From Solirubrobacteraceae bacterium (GTDB lineage: Bacteria; Actinomycetota; Thermoleophilia; Solirubrobacterales; Solirubrobacteraceae), in contig JBDTMF010000001.1 in assembly GCA_039934455.1 (NCBI GenBank), forward strand, positions 12,705 through 76,704: a stretch of 64,000 nucleotides of DNA. Reading direction: 5' to 3'. The notes below the pieces were generated by a model that did not search any database, was not told the DNA's origin, and saw nothing but the letters and a program-made list of their open reading frames with translations. Within the stretch, counting starts at the first letter, position 1. Every line of letters begins with the position of its first letter. A program made the position numbers and the translations under genes. Below are positions 1 through 9,070 of this stretch, piece after piece.

Positions 1-878
1 CGCAGGCGAACTTCCTGCGCGCGGTGCTGCAGCGCGACGTGACCGACCGCGGCGACCTCGTCGCCCGCGGCGAGGAGCTCGGGATCGACCTCTCCAGCGG
101 CGGCGCCGTGATCGTGGTGCGCGCCCATCATCTCGCCCCGACCGAGGACGACTGGCGGGCGCGCGTGCTCGGCGCCGCCGAGCGCGCGGCCCGCACGACC
201 GCCCCCGGCTCGCTGGCCGCGGTGATCCCCGCGGCGACCGAGGGCGCCGGCCAGGTCGTGCTGCTCGTGCCCGAGGCCTCCGACGACGGCGTGCGCCGCG
301 TCGCCGGGTCGATCGCGCGCGAGCTGCAGAGTTCGCTGCACGGGTTCACCTTCGCGGTCGGGCACTCGCGCGTGGCGGCCGATCCGGTCGACCTCTACCG
401 CGCGGGCAACGAGGCGCTGCTCGCCGCCAACGTCGCCGAGACGCGTCCCGCCTCGATGGACGAGCCGTCGGAGGTGCTCGCCTTCGAGGACACCGGCGCC
501 TACCGTCTGCTGCTCCCGGCCATGAGCGAGGACCCCGGCGAGCTGCAGCGGTTCTACACCGAGACGGTCGAGCCGCTCGTCGCCTACGACGCCCAGTACG
601 AGACCGACCTCGTGCAGACGCTCGAGACCTTCCTCGAGTGCGACGGCAACGTCGCCGGGACGGCCCAGCGCCTCTACACCCACCGCCACACCGTGCGCTA
701 CCGGCTCGAGCGCGTGCGCGACCTCTCCGGGCTCGACGTCGGCTCGACCGACGGGCGCGAGCGCCTGGGCCTCGGCCTCAAGGCGATGCGGGTGCTCGGC
801 ATCGCCTCCCCGCAGGGCCCCGCCAGCGAGGCGGGCGCGGGCGCCGGCCGCGTGCGGCGCGGCGCCAAGGACCGCTGA
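1..878 (+). CDS. PucR/CdaR-family transcriptional regulator, C-terminal part (5' end outside window)
   Basis: Frame is open from the window edge (QANFLRAVLQRDV...). C-terminal PucR-type HTH ...GTAQRLYTHRHTVRYRLERVRDLSGLD. GC3-rich codons. Confidence 0.75.
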   Translation, partial: QANFLRAVLQRDVTDRGDLVARGEELGIDLSSGGAVIVVRAHHLAPTEDDWRARVLGAAERAARTTAPGSLAAVIPAATEGAGQVVLLVPEASDDGVRRVAGSIARELQSSLHGFTFAVGHSRVAADPVDLYRAGNEALLAANVAETRPASMDEPSEVLAFEDTGAYRLLLPAMSEDPGELQRFYTETVEPLVAYDAQYETDLVQTLETFLECDGNVAGTAQRLYTHRHTVRYRLERVRDLSGLDVGSTDGRERLGLGLKAMRVLGIASPQGPASEAGAGAGRVRRGAKDR

Positions 879-934
879 GCTCCGCCCCGCCGCGCTCCGT
901 ACCCCGGGAAAGCGAATCCCCGGAGGGAGACAGC

Positions 935-1393
935 ATGGCAACGATCGAGCAGTCGCTGGACGTCGAGGTGCCCATCGAGACGGCCTACAACCAGTGGACG
1001 CAGTTCGAGGAATTCCCGCAGTTCATGGACGGTGTCGAGGAGGTGCGCCAGCTCGACGACCGGCGCCTGCACTGGGTGGCGGAGTTCGGCGGCAGCCGCC
1101 ACGAGTGGGACGCGGAGATCACCGAGCAGTCGCCGGAGGAGCGCGTGGCGTGGCGCAACACGGACGGCAAGGACAACGCCGGCGTCGTCACCTTCCACAA
1201 GCTCGACGACGACAAGACCCGCGTGATGGTGCAGATGGACTGGGTGCCCGAGGGCATCAAGGAGAAGATCGGCGACGCCCTCGGCGCCGCCGACCGGCGC
1301 GTGAAGGGCGACCTCGAGCGCTTCAAGGCGATGATCGAGTCCCGCGGCGCCGAGAGCGGCGCGTGGCGGGGCGAGGTGCCGCGCGACGCCTGA
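935..1393 (+). CDS. SRPBCC (cyclase/dehydrase-like) family protein
   Basis: ATG 935 preceded by GGAGGGAGA. MATIEQSLDVEVPIETAYNQWTQFEEFPQFMDGVEEV...RVAWRNTDG... is typical of the polyketide cyclase/SRPBCC fold. Confidence 0.8.
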   Translation: MATIEQSLDVEVPIETAYNQWTQFEEFPQFMDGVEEVRQLDDRRLHWVAEFGGSRHEWDAEITEQSPEERVAWRNTDGKDNAGVVTFHKLDDDKTRVMVQMDWVPEGIKEKIGDALGAADRRVKGDLERFKAMIESRGAESGAWRGEVPRDA

Positions 1394-1415
1394 CGGCGCG
1401 CCGGCGCGCCGCGGT

Positions 1416-2690
1416 TCACCAGCTCTTGACGGTGAACTGCGGCGCGACCTGCGGCTGGCCGGTGCGCTCCGCGCGCTCCTTGATGTCGAGCAGCTGGCGC
1501 TCGCGCCCCGGCGACCCGATGGTCTCGATGTTCGACTGGATGATGCCGCCGAGGATCGGCCCGAACTGCGTCGGCGCCATCGAGCGCTGGCGGTAGATCA
1601 GCCCGCCGATGTCGGCCGCCGCCGCCGGGATGTAGGAGCAGGCGAGCTTGGTGGCGCGCTCGATGCTCGGCTCGTCCGGGAAGAAGGCGAGCACGTCCTC
1701 GGGATCGGGGTTCTTGCCCGCCCGCGCGGCGAACACCTGCTGGCGCGACACGTAGATGGCCAGCGCGGCGATCTTCTGCGTCTCGTCCGCCTTGGACAGG
1801 AAGTTGTCGCCGAAGGTCCGCCAGCTCATCCCGCGCTTGTTGGTGACGTCGAAGCCCTCGCGGTTCATGCGGTCGTGAACGTTCTTGAGCACCAGCTGCG
1901 GCGTCACGCCGGCGCCTTCCATGATCCCGTAGTAGCCGCCCATCTCCGGGTTCGAGGGCCGCGCCGGGTTGTCGCGCAGGTAGCTCATGATCTCGATCTC
2001 GAGCTTGTCCTTGTCGAACATGTGGCCCGAGGCGAAGGCGTCGGTCAGGAAGTGGCCCGCCGCGGCGTCGATGAACAGGGCCTTCTCGAAGTCCTTGTCG
2101 TGGGCCTCGCCCGGGTCCGAGCCGTAGACCGTCTTGCCCTGCTTGGCCAGCTCGAGCGCCTCGACGTGCATCTTGCGCCACTGCTTGCGGTTGCCCGGGG
2201 TGAAGTGGGGCGTGTTGCGCTTGGCGAGCTCGAGGTAGTGGTTGTGCTTGTCCGAGCGGTGCTTCTTGGTGATCTCCTCGTACTTCGCGTTGGCGTTGCC
2301 CAGCTTGCCCGCCCGCTCCTCGCCGATCGCCCCGATGATCTCGTTGACCTCCTCGTCCGGTGCGGCGGCGAACTGCTCCCAGGTCTCGTAGAAGTCGCCC
2401 GACATGGCGATGATCTGCCCTGGGGTCAGGGTGCGCGAGGCGGTGCCGATCTGGCGCTTGCCCTGCGCGTACCAGTCGCCGTCGAGGCCCTTGACGTCCT
2501 GCTCGAGGCCGAACTTCTTGACCCACGCCCTGCCCTCGTCGGTGCCGATGAACGCCCCGAGCTCCTTGCCGTAGCGGTCGCCGAGGTCCATGTGCTCGGG
2601 CGACTCGTAGCGCGAGACCATCTGCGTGACCGCCCGGTTGCCGGCACTGCGCTGGAGCCGGAGCAGGGCGGCCGTGGTCAGGGGGGCCAT
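1416..2690 (-). CDS. Hypothetical effector-like protein with N-terminal LQRSAGNRAV leader and an H-x3-D-x5-H motif
   Basis: ORF 1416..2780. The internal ATG at 2690 is preferred because 2780 would overlap the divergent cyclase start. N-terminus MAPLTTAALLRLQRSAGNRAV. GHFLTDAFASGH motif. No signal peptide. Lys-rich, visibly less GC-biased than neighbours. Confidence 0.6.
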   Translation of the reverse strand: MAPLTTAALLRLQRSAGNRAVTQMVSRYESPEHMDLGDRYGKELGAFIGTDEGRAWVKKFGLEQDVKGLDGDWYAQGKRQIGTASRTLTPGQIIAMSGDFYETWEQFAAAPDEEVNEIIGAIGEERAGKLGNANAKYEEITKKHRSDKHNHYLELAKRNTPHFTPGNRKQWRKMHVEALELAKQGKTVYGSDPGEAHDKDFEKALFIDAAAGHFLTDAFASGHMFDKDKLEIEIMSYLRDNPARPSNPEMGGYYGIMEGAGVTPQLVLKNVHDRMNREGFDVTNKRGMSWRTFGDNFLSKADETQKIAALAIYVSRQQVFAARAGKNPDPEDVLAFFPDEPSIERATKLACSYIPAAAADIGGLIYRQRSMAPTQFGPILGGIIQSNIETIGSPGRERQLLDIKERAERTGQPQVAPQFTVKSW

Positions 2691-2770
2691 GCTGCCGATC
2701 CAACCAGATCTCAGGGGCGGGTGGAAGAGAGAGCGACCGGCGCGCGCCGGCCGCGTGGTAGGAATGCGGC

Positions 2771-3940
2771 GTGTCGTCACGCGCGGATCCGGAGCCCTGG
2801 CTGGCTCGGGTCGCTGAGCAGCTCGAGACCACGGGCGCGGCCGCCGAGATCTACGACCGCGAGTGGAGCCTCGTGTGGATGACGAGCCAGTTCCGCTTCT
2901 TCGCCGGCGACCGGCCGCTCGACCAGCTCGGACTCGGCCAGCACCCGGTGACCGTGCGCACGAGCCCGCTCGACGGGATGGTGCCGCTGGAGACCGGGCT
3001 CGAGTGGATGCGCAAGAACATCCCGCTGATGGCGCACGACACGCCGGGCGGCGTCGAGGCGATCCGCGCGCTGCTGCCCGAGGAGTACGACCGGGCGATC
3101 GGACCGCTCGACCCGCAGCCGCCCGAGACGCTGTGGTGGGGCGAGCTGACCTACCTCCAGGACGGGCTGCCGCCGGCCCAGACCCGCTACCTGACGTTCG
3201 CGCTCGAGACCCCCGGTGGTGAGCGCGCCGGCTGGGCGATCCTCTACCTGCCGGCCGCGCCCGCGAGCATCGTCTCGCTGATCACGCGCGGCAACCAGGG
3301 CATGTTCGCGCGGATGGCGGCACTGCTCGAGCCCGCGCGCCACGAGACGGCGATCCTGTTCGCGGACATCCAGGCGTCGAGCGCGCTGGCGCGGCGGCTC
3401 TCCACCCAGCGCTGGTTCGACCTGATCCGCGGGTTCTCGACCTTCGCCGACCGGATCGTGGTCGAGAACACGGGGATCGTCGGGCGCCACGCCGGGGACG
3501 GGCTGACGGCCTTCTTCCTCGCCGAGCAGGTCGGCGACCGGGCCGCCGCCTGCGCGGCCGCGCTCCACGCCGGCCGCGAGATCGTGAGCTGGCACCCGGA
3601 GGAGCTCGGCGACGGCGAGCTGCACATCAACGCCGGCGTCCACTGGGGCGGCGCGCTCTACCTCGGCCAGGTCGTGACCGGCGGGCGCCTCGACGTGACC
3701 GCGCTCGGTGACGAGGTCAACGAGTGCGCCCGCATCGAGCAATCGGCGCGCGACGGCGCGCTGCTGGCCTCCAAGCCTGTCGTCGAGCGGCTCGACCTCG
3801 ATGACGCGCACGCGCTCGGCCTCGATCCGCTCACGGTCATGTATCGGACGGTCGGCGAGCTGCCGGGCGTGACGCCGAAGGCCGTGCGCGACGCTGGGGG
3901 CGTGCCCGTCGTGGCCGTCCCGCGGCGACCCGCGGTCTAA
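2771..3940 (+). CDS. Class III adenylate/guanylate cyclase with N-terminal domain of unknown function
   Basis: C-terminal half has AILFADIQASSALA...GRHAGDGLTAFF...HINAGVHWGGALYLGQV...ALGDEVNECARIE, the CYTH-unrelated class III cyclase signature. Confidence 0.85.
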   Translation: MSSRADPEPWLARVAEQLETTGAAAEIYDREWSLVWMTSQFRFFAGDRPLDQLGLGQHPVTVRTSPLDGMVPLETGLEWMRKNIPLMAHDTPGGVEAIRALLPEEYDRAIGPLDPQPPETLWWGELTYLQDGLPPAQTRYLTFALETPGGERAGWAILYLPAAPASIVSLITRGNQGMFARMAALLEPARHETAILFADIQASSALARRLSTQRWFDLIRGFSTFADRIVVENTGIVGRHAGDGLTAFFLAEQVGDRAAACAAALHAGREIVSWHPEELGDGELHINAGVHWGGALYLGQVVTGGRLDVTALGDEVNECARIEQSARDGALLASKPVVERLDLDDAHALGLDPLTVMYRTVGELPGVTPKAVRDAGGVPVVAVPRRPAV

Positions 3941-3952
3941 CCTCCCCGGCAG

Positions 3953-4750
3953 ATGGCGATCGGGATAATCACCGGCTCGGGCACCTACGCCCTGCCCGGG
4001 TTCGAGGGCACCCAGCCCGAGCCCGTCACGACGGAATGGGGCGACGCGTACGTCTCGCGCGGGACGTTCGCCGGTGTCGACGTGCTGCACATCTCGCGCC
4101 ACGGCGCGGGCCACGTGCGGCTCTCCAACCATGTCACGCATCTCGGCAACATCGCCGCGCTCAAGCGCCTCGGCGCGAGCGCCATCCTGGCCGTGACGGT
4201 CTGCGGCGCGGTCGACCCGTCGGTGGAGCTGGGGTCGCTGATCTGCTTCGACGACCTGCACTTCCTGGCCAACCGGCTGCCGGACGGGCGCCTGTGCACG
4301 TTCCACCAGCAGGCCGGCCACCACGACCGCGCCCACTGGATCTACGACGACCCCTACTCGCCCGCGCTGCGCTCGGCGCTGCTGGCGGGGGCGGAGGAGG
4401 CGGGCGTCACGGCGCGCGACGGCGGGTGCTACGGGCACGTGGACGGTCCGCGCTTCAACACGAAGGCGGAGATCCGCGGGCTCGCGGCCGCCGGGGTCAC
4501 CGCGGTGTCGCAGACCGCAGGGCCAGAGACCGTGCTGGCGGGCGAGGCGCTGATCCCGCTGGCGCTGATCGGCTACGCGACGGACTACGCCAACGGGGTC
4601 CGGCCCGAGGCGACGCCGGTCGAGCGCCTGGTCGAGCTGATCGAGGCGAGCACGGAGACGTTCGCGCGCGTGCTGGCGGACGCGGCGCCGCGGATCGACG
4701 AGCCCTCGCTCGCCCCCGCGGGCACCGTGTACCGCTTCCATTCCGGCTGA
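3953..4750 (+). CDS. S-methyl-5'-thioadenosine / purine nucleoside phosphorylase family protein
   Basis: MAIGIITGSGTY...HISRHGAGHVRLSNHVTHLGNIAALKRLGASAILAVTVCGAVD matches the MTAP/PNP family 2 pattern. Confidence 0.8.
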   Translation: MAIGIITGSGTYALPGFEGTQPEPVTTEWGDAYVSRGTFAGVDVLHISRHGAGHVRLSNHVTHLGNIAALKRLGASAILAVTVCGAVDPSVELGSLICFDDLHFLANRLPDGRLCTFHQQAGHHDRAHWIYDDPYSPALRSALLAGAEEAGVTARDGGCYGHVDGPRFNTKAEIRGLAAAGVTAVSQTAGPETVLAGEALIPLALIGYATDYANGVRPEATPVERLVELIEASTETFARVLADAAPRIDEPSLAPAGTVYRFHSG

Positions 4751-4808
4751 ACCGGCCTGTACCGGTCGGTGCGCGGGGTCCTCCCGTTTCGGCCCATCCG
4801 ACCGGGGC

Positions 4809-6116
4809 GTGCTGGGTAGGTTGATGGTCATGTCCCACTCCGACACCCGTCTCTGGCACCCCTTTGCCGACATGCACGCCGCCCGCTCGTCCGAGCTGAC
4901 GATCGTCTCCGGCGAGGGCGTCCACGTGACCGACGACGAGGGCCGCCGCTACTTCGATGGCACGGCGAGCCTCTGGAACGTCAACGTCGGCCACGGCCGC
5001 CACGAGCTCGCTGACGCCGCCGCCGAACAGATGCGGCAGCTCGCGACCTACTCCTGCTTCGGTGCGTTCGCCAACCCGCCGGCGCTCGAGCTCGCCGAGC
5101 GCCTGTGCGCGCTCGCCCCCGTCGACGATGCGCGCGTCTTCCTCACCAGCGGTGGCGGCGATTCGATCGATACCGCCGCCAAGCTCGCGCGCCGCTACTT
5201 CGCCGCGATCGGGCAGCCCGACCGCGTGCACCTGATCTCGCGCAGCCAGGGCTATCACGGCACTCACGGGCTCGGCACCAGCCTCGGCGGGATCCCGGCC
5301 AACCGGGTCGACGTCGGCCCCCTCGATCCGCATTCCTCGCAGGTCCCGCACGACTCGCTCGAGGCGCTGGAGGCGGAGATCGAGCGCCTCGGGCCGGATC
5401 ACGTCGCCGCAGTGTTCGTCGAGCCGGTGATCGGCGCCGGCGGCGTCCACCAGCCGCGGCCCGGCTACCTGGAGGGCGTCGAGGCGCTGTGCAAGCGCAC
5501 CGGCGTGCTGCACGTGATCGACGCCGTGATCGCCGGCTTCGGCCGCCTGGGTGAGTGGTTCGGGCCCGAGCGCTGGGGCCTGCGGCCGGACATGATCACG
5601 TTCGCCAAGGGCGTCACCAGCGGCTACCTCCCGCTGGGCGGCCTGATCGTCAGCGGGGACGTCGCGTCGCCGTTCTGGGATGAGGAGAACGCGCCCTGGT
5701 TCCGCCACGGCCCGACCTACTCCGGCCACCCGACGTGCTGCGCGGTCGCGCTCGCCAACCTCGACATCATCGAGCGCGAGGGCCTGCTCGGCCGGGCGCT
5801 CGAGCTCGAGGGCGAGCTGACGGCGGCGCTCACGCCGTTCGAGTCCCACGGGCTCGTCGGCGAGGTCCGCAGCGGCACCGGCGCGCTGGCCGCCGTCGCG
5901 CTGTCGGGCGAGGTGCTCGCGCTCGACGCCAAGGCGCCGATGCGCGTGTTCGGCCATGCCCGCGAGCGCGGCGTGCTGGTCCGGCCGCTCGGCGACGGCG
6001 TCGCGCTGTCCCCGCCGCTGATCTCGACGCGCGAGAACATCGACACGGCGGCGAGCGCGATCGGCGAGGCGCTCGACGCGGTGGCCAGCGAGCTGGGAGT
6101 GGCGGCCGCGGCCTAG
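4809..6116 (+). CDS. Class III (omega) aminotransferase
   Basis: LWHPFADMH...SLWNVNVGHGR...SGGGDSIDTAAKLAR...FVEPVIGAGGV...DAVIAGFGRLG...TFAKGVTSGY (PLP Lys). The real start is probably ATG 4824 or 4830. Confidence 0.9.
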   Translation: MLGRLMVMSHSDTRLWHPFADMHAARSSELTIVSGEGVHVTDDEGRRYFDGTASLWNVNVGHGRHELADAAAEQMRQLATYSCFGAFANPPALELAERLCALAPVDDARVFLTSGGGDSIDTAAKLARRYFAAIGQPDRVHLISRSQGYHGTHGLGTSLGGIPANRVDVGPLDPHSSQVPHDSLEALEAEIERLGPDHVAAVFVEPVIGAGGVHQPRPGYLEGVEALCKRTGVLHVIDAVIAGFGRLGEWFGPERWGLRPDMITFAKGVTSGYLPLGGLIVSGDVASPFWDEENAPWFRHGPTYSGHPTCCAVALANLDIIEREGLLGRALELEGELTAALTPFESHGLVGEVRSGTGALAAVALSGEVLALDAKAPMRVFGHARERGVLVRPLGDGVALSPPLISTRENIDTAASAIGEALDAVASELGVAAAA

Positions 6117-6379
6117 TGGAAGAGGCCGCCCGCCGCGACGCGGGCCGCCATCTCCTTGGACTCCGCCCGGAAGACCTCCCCGCTGGGGAGCTCGATCACG
6201 GGGTAGAGCCGCTGGCCGCTGAGCCGCTCGAGATCGTCGCGCTTGGACCTGCGCAGCGGGCCCTTGACGACCTCGTAGTCGATCCCCTTGTCGTCGAGCG
6301 CCTTCTGGACCTTCCAGCAGGGATGGCCGCCGATCTTGGCCCATTCGGTCGGGCAGCGATGGAGCTTCAGTGGTGCCAT
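6113..6379 (-). CDS. Glutaredoxin/GST-N-terminal-like small thioredoxin-fold protein
   Basis: 88 aa, ...GHPCWKVQKALDDKGIDYEVV...LYPVIELPSGEVF. Its stop overlaps the aminotransferase stop in a CTAG. Confidence 0.6.
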   Translation of the reverse strand: MAPLKLHRCPTEWAKIGGHPCWKVQKALDDKGIDYEVVKGPLRRSKRDDLERLSGQRLYPVIELPSGEVFRAESKEMAARVAAGGLFH

Positions 6380-6397
6380 GGACCTGACCGTACTCCT

Positions 6398-8143
6398 CTA
6401 GCGGCGAACGCGCACGGTCACCGCGCCGCGGCCGGAGATCCGCAGATCCGGGTCGCGGTAGGCGTGCTCGCGGCGCCCGCCGGCGCGAAGGGTGACGCCG
6501 TCGTAGCGCCCGATGCTGCGCACCTGCCGGGCGAGCGCGGCGAGCGAGCGCGGCCCGGGGTCGCCGGCGCTCGCGCCGTCGTCGCCGCCGATCGTGATCG
6601 TCTCGACGAGCGCGCCGAAGAGGTCGGAGTCCGGGTCGTCGACGTCGCGGCCGACGAACGTGAGCCGCCGCTTCCCAGGGTGCAGGGAGCTCGGGATGCG
6701 CAGCCGGAAAGAGCGCGTGATGTGCGGCCCGCGGGTGACCTGCAGGTGCAGCGTCGCGCGCACGCGGTGACCGCGGCGGACGTGGCGCGGCAGCGTCACC
6801 GACCGGATGAACGCCTGGCGCAGGCCGCGGCTCAGCTTCACGCGCGCGGCGAACTCCGTCACGTGCAGCGTGCGGCGCGTGAAGCGGTCGATGTCGCCCA
6901 GCGCGCTGAGCGCGTCCGACGCGCCGCCCGCGGCGACGATGTTCTCGCCCGCCTCAGGGTCCGACGGCGGGACGGCGGAGGCGTAGCGGTTGCAGAAGCG
7001 CAGTGGGCCCTTTCGCTCGCGCAGCGCGATCCGCACGCACACAGTCCCGCTGAGCTTGCCGGGCGCGCTGCGCAGGATCGACGAGGCGCCCTGGGCGAGC
7101 GCGAGCGGCGCGACGAAGCTCAGCGCCGAGCTGCCGGCCGGCGTGCCGACGTCGGTCTCGTCGACCACCTGCGCGCCGAGCGTCGAGCGCTCGCCCGTGT
7201 CCTCGTCCTCCGTGAAGATGCGCACGGGGAGGGTCAGCGGCGGCCGGCCGGAGCGCCCGACGACGGCGGCGCTCGCGTCGTTGGAGATCGTGCCGAGCGT
7301 GTGGCCGGCGGCGGCGAGCTTGTAGGTCGAGCCGCTGTCGGTGCCGACGTTCGGGTTCGAGATCACGGTGTAGACGTAGGCGTCCTGCAGCAGCAGCGAG
7401 CGCAGGCCGGTGTTCTCGAACGGGTGGCCGAAGCCCCACACGCGGTCGCCGTCGACGTAGGCGACCGTGCCGACCGCGCCGACCGCGATATCGCCCGAGG
7501 AGTAGCCGACGCTCAGCGCCGACCCGGGGCGCGGCGGCGCCGCGGGGAAGGGGGCGAGCGGCATCGCGGGCGCGGCGAGGACGGGCCGGCGCGCCTTCGC
7601 ACCAGCGGCGGTCAGCTTCTCGGCGAGGCTCTGGCTCAGGCCCGAGACGGTGAGCGGCTCGGCGAGCGGGAGCACGCGCCCGATCCGCGACGCGCGCGCG
7701 CCGACCGGCCTGGCGCGAGGCGCGTCGGGCGGGTTGGCGAGGATCTCCTCGATCGGCGTGGCCAGCACGGTCTTGCCGCCGTAGGCGCCGATCGCCTCGG
7801 CGATCGCGCCGGCGTTGCGCGCCGCGCCCGTGCCGTCGGGGCAGTAGATCGGCGAGCCCGAGAAGCCCGGCCCGACGCCGGTCCGGTCGATGGCGGGGCC
7901 GGACAGGTCGATGAGGATGCGCGGGCCGTCGTTGGCCGACGCGTCACCCGAGACGACGTCGACGATCTCGGCGTCGAAGCTCGTGATCGCCGTCCCTCGC
8001 AAAACGGAGTACGCCGTGCACTGCATCCCGGGCCGCAGCTGCGACAGCGGCATGATCGGATCGCCTGCCTGGGCGATCCCCGGAGCCGCACCCGTGACGA
8101 GCGCCGCCGCGGCAGCGGCGACAAGGAGACGGGGGCGACGCAT
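6398..8143 (-). CDS. Secreted SpoIVB-like (peptidase S55-type) serine protease-domain protein
   Basis: Signal peptide MRRPRLLVAAAAAALVTGAAPGIAQA (second Met of ORF 6398..8188). GFSGSPIY serine motif and GTVAYVDGDRVWGFGHPF resemble the SpoIVB peptidase core. Confidence 0.6.
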   Translation of the reverse strand: MRRPRLLVAAAAAALVTGAAPGIAQAGDPIMPLSQLRPGMQCTAYSVLRGTAITSFDAEIVDVVSGDASANDGPRILIDLSGPAIDRTGVGPGFSGSPIYCPDGTGAARNAGAIAEAIGAYGGKTVLATPIEEILANPPDAPRARPVGARASRIGRVLPLAEPLTVSGLSQSLAEKLTAAGAKARRPVLAAPAMPLAPFPAAPPRPGSALSVGYSSGDIAVGAVGTVAYVDGDRVWGFGHPFENTGLRSLLLQDAYVYTVISNPNVGTDSGSTYKLAAAGHTLGTISNDASAAVVGRSGRPPLTLPVRIFTEDEDTGERSTLGAQVVDETDVGTPAGSSALSFVAPLALAQGASSILRSAPGKLSGTVCVRIALRERKGPLRFCNRYASAVPPSDPEAGENIVAAGGASDALSALGDIDRFTRRTLHVTEFAARVKLSRGLRQAFIRSVTLPRHVRRGHRVRATLHLQVTRGPHITRSFRLRIPSSLHPGKRRLTFVGRDVDDPDSDLFGALVETITIGGDDGASAGDPGPRSLAALARQVRSIGRYDGVTLRAGGRREHAYRDPDLRISGRGAVTVRVRR

Positions 8144-8232
8144 CGGCGGCGCCACTCTAGTGGGCCTTCCCCCAACGAGAAGACCCACTTGCGCCGGTAT
8201 CCCGGTGCGATGCGCGGTGGAAGGATCCGGGG

Positions 8233-8595
8233 ATGCTCTCGCGAGAAACCGTGCAGCACTGGCTGGACGACTACGTGGCGGCCTGGCGCAGCTACGACCC
8301 GGACGCGATCCGCGCGCTCTTCGCCCCCGGCGTGACCTACGCCTACGAGCCGTGGGAGGAGCCGCTGCGCGGCCCGGACGCGATCGCCGCCTCGTGGCTC
8401 GAGGACCGCGACGACCCCGGCTCGTGGGCCGCGGGCTACGCGCCCGCGCTCATCGAGGGCAACGCCGCGACCGCGACCGGCGAGACCCGCTATAGCGACG
8501 GCAAGCACTTCTCCAACCTCTTCGAGCTCGAGTTCGACGACGAACGCCGCTGCACCCGCTTCGTCGAGTGGTACCTGCAGCAGCCCGCAGCCTGA
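8233..8595 (+). CDS. SnoaL/NTF2-like domain protein
   Basis: MLSRETVQHWLDDYVAAWRSYDPDAIRALFAPGVTY... is a typical NTF2-like N-terminus. 120 aa. Confidence 0.65.
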   Translation: MLSRETVQHWLDDYVAAWRSYDPDAIRALFAPGVTYAYEPWEEPLRGPDAIAASWLEDRDDPGSWAAGYAPALIEGNAATATGETRYSDGKHFSNLFELEFDDERRCTRFVEWYLQQPAA

Positions 8596-8596
8596 T

Positions 8597-9051
8597 TCAC
8601 GCCGCCTCCGCCTCGTACCACCGCACCCACTTGCGCACGGCGTTGTCCGACACCCCGTACTTCCGCCCGACCGCCGACCAGCTCGTCTCCGCTATCTCGC
8701 GCACGAGCTGGTCGTGCAGTGGGTCTCGAGGGTGGCCGCGCAGTTCGGGCACACGATCTGCAGGTTCTCGAGCCGGTTGTCCGTGGCGACGCCGTTGATG
8801 TGGTCGATGGTCAGCGGCCTCCACCGGCCCCGCCATTCCTCGCCTTGGCGGCCGCACAGCTCGCACCGCCGTTGCTTGAGGCCCTCGGCGTAAAGTCGCT
8901 TCTTGAGGGATTGGCGGCGGTAGGTCGAGTGCTCGACGAGCACCGCTTCGAGCGGGACCGCACGCCCCCGAGGGACGCGGGCGGCGCCTGGGTGAAAGTG
9001 CGCCGTGGAGATGGCCCAGATCCACGTCGCGGCACGAACACATGTTCGCAT
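8597..9051 (-). pseudogene. HNH endonuclease, disrupted (HNH part and C-terminal HTH part in different frames)
   Basis: Frame A (from ATG 9051) gives ...LYAEGLKQRRCELCG...LTIDHINGVATDNRLENLQIVCPNCAATLETHC then stops at 8692. Frame B gives ...DQLVREIAETSWSAVGRKYGVSDNAVRKWVRWYE ending at 8597. The usual CPNCH His is Ala here. Confidence 0.6.
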
Positions 9052-9070
9052 GCGAAGCGGACGGAAGTGA

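Noticed and set aside
985-2832. 615-aa minus-strand ORF, and similar very long ORFs in the track (2777..4873 -, 4497..6344 -, 5735..8335 +, 9122..10585 -, 14472..16490 -, 17094..18890 -).
   Set aside because: They lie antisense or out of frame to genes with clear family motifs. Their products are Arg/Ala/Gly/Pro-rich with no motifs. They are stop-poor shadow frames of GC-rich coding DNA, not genes.
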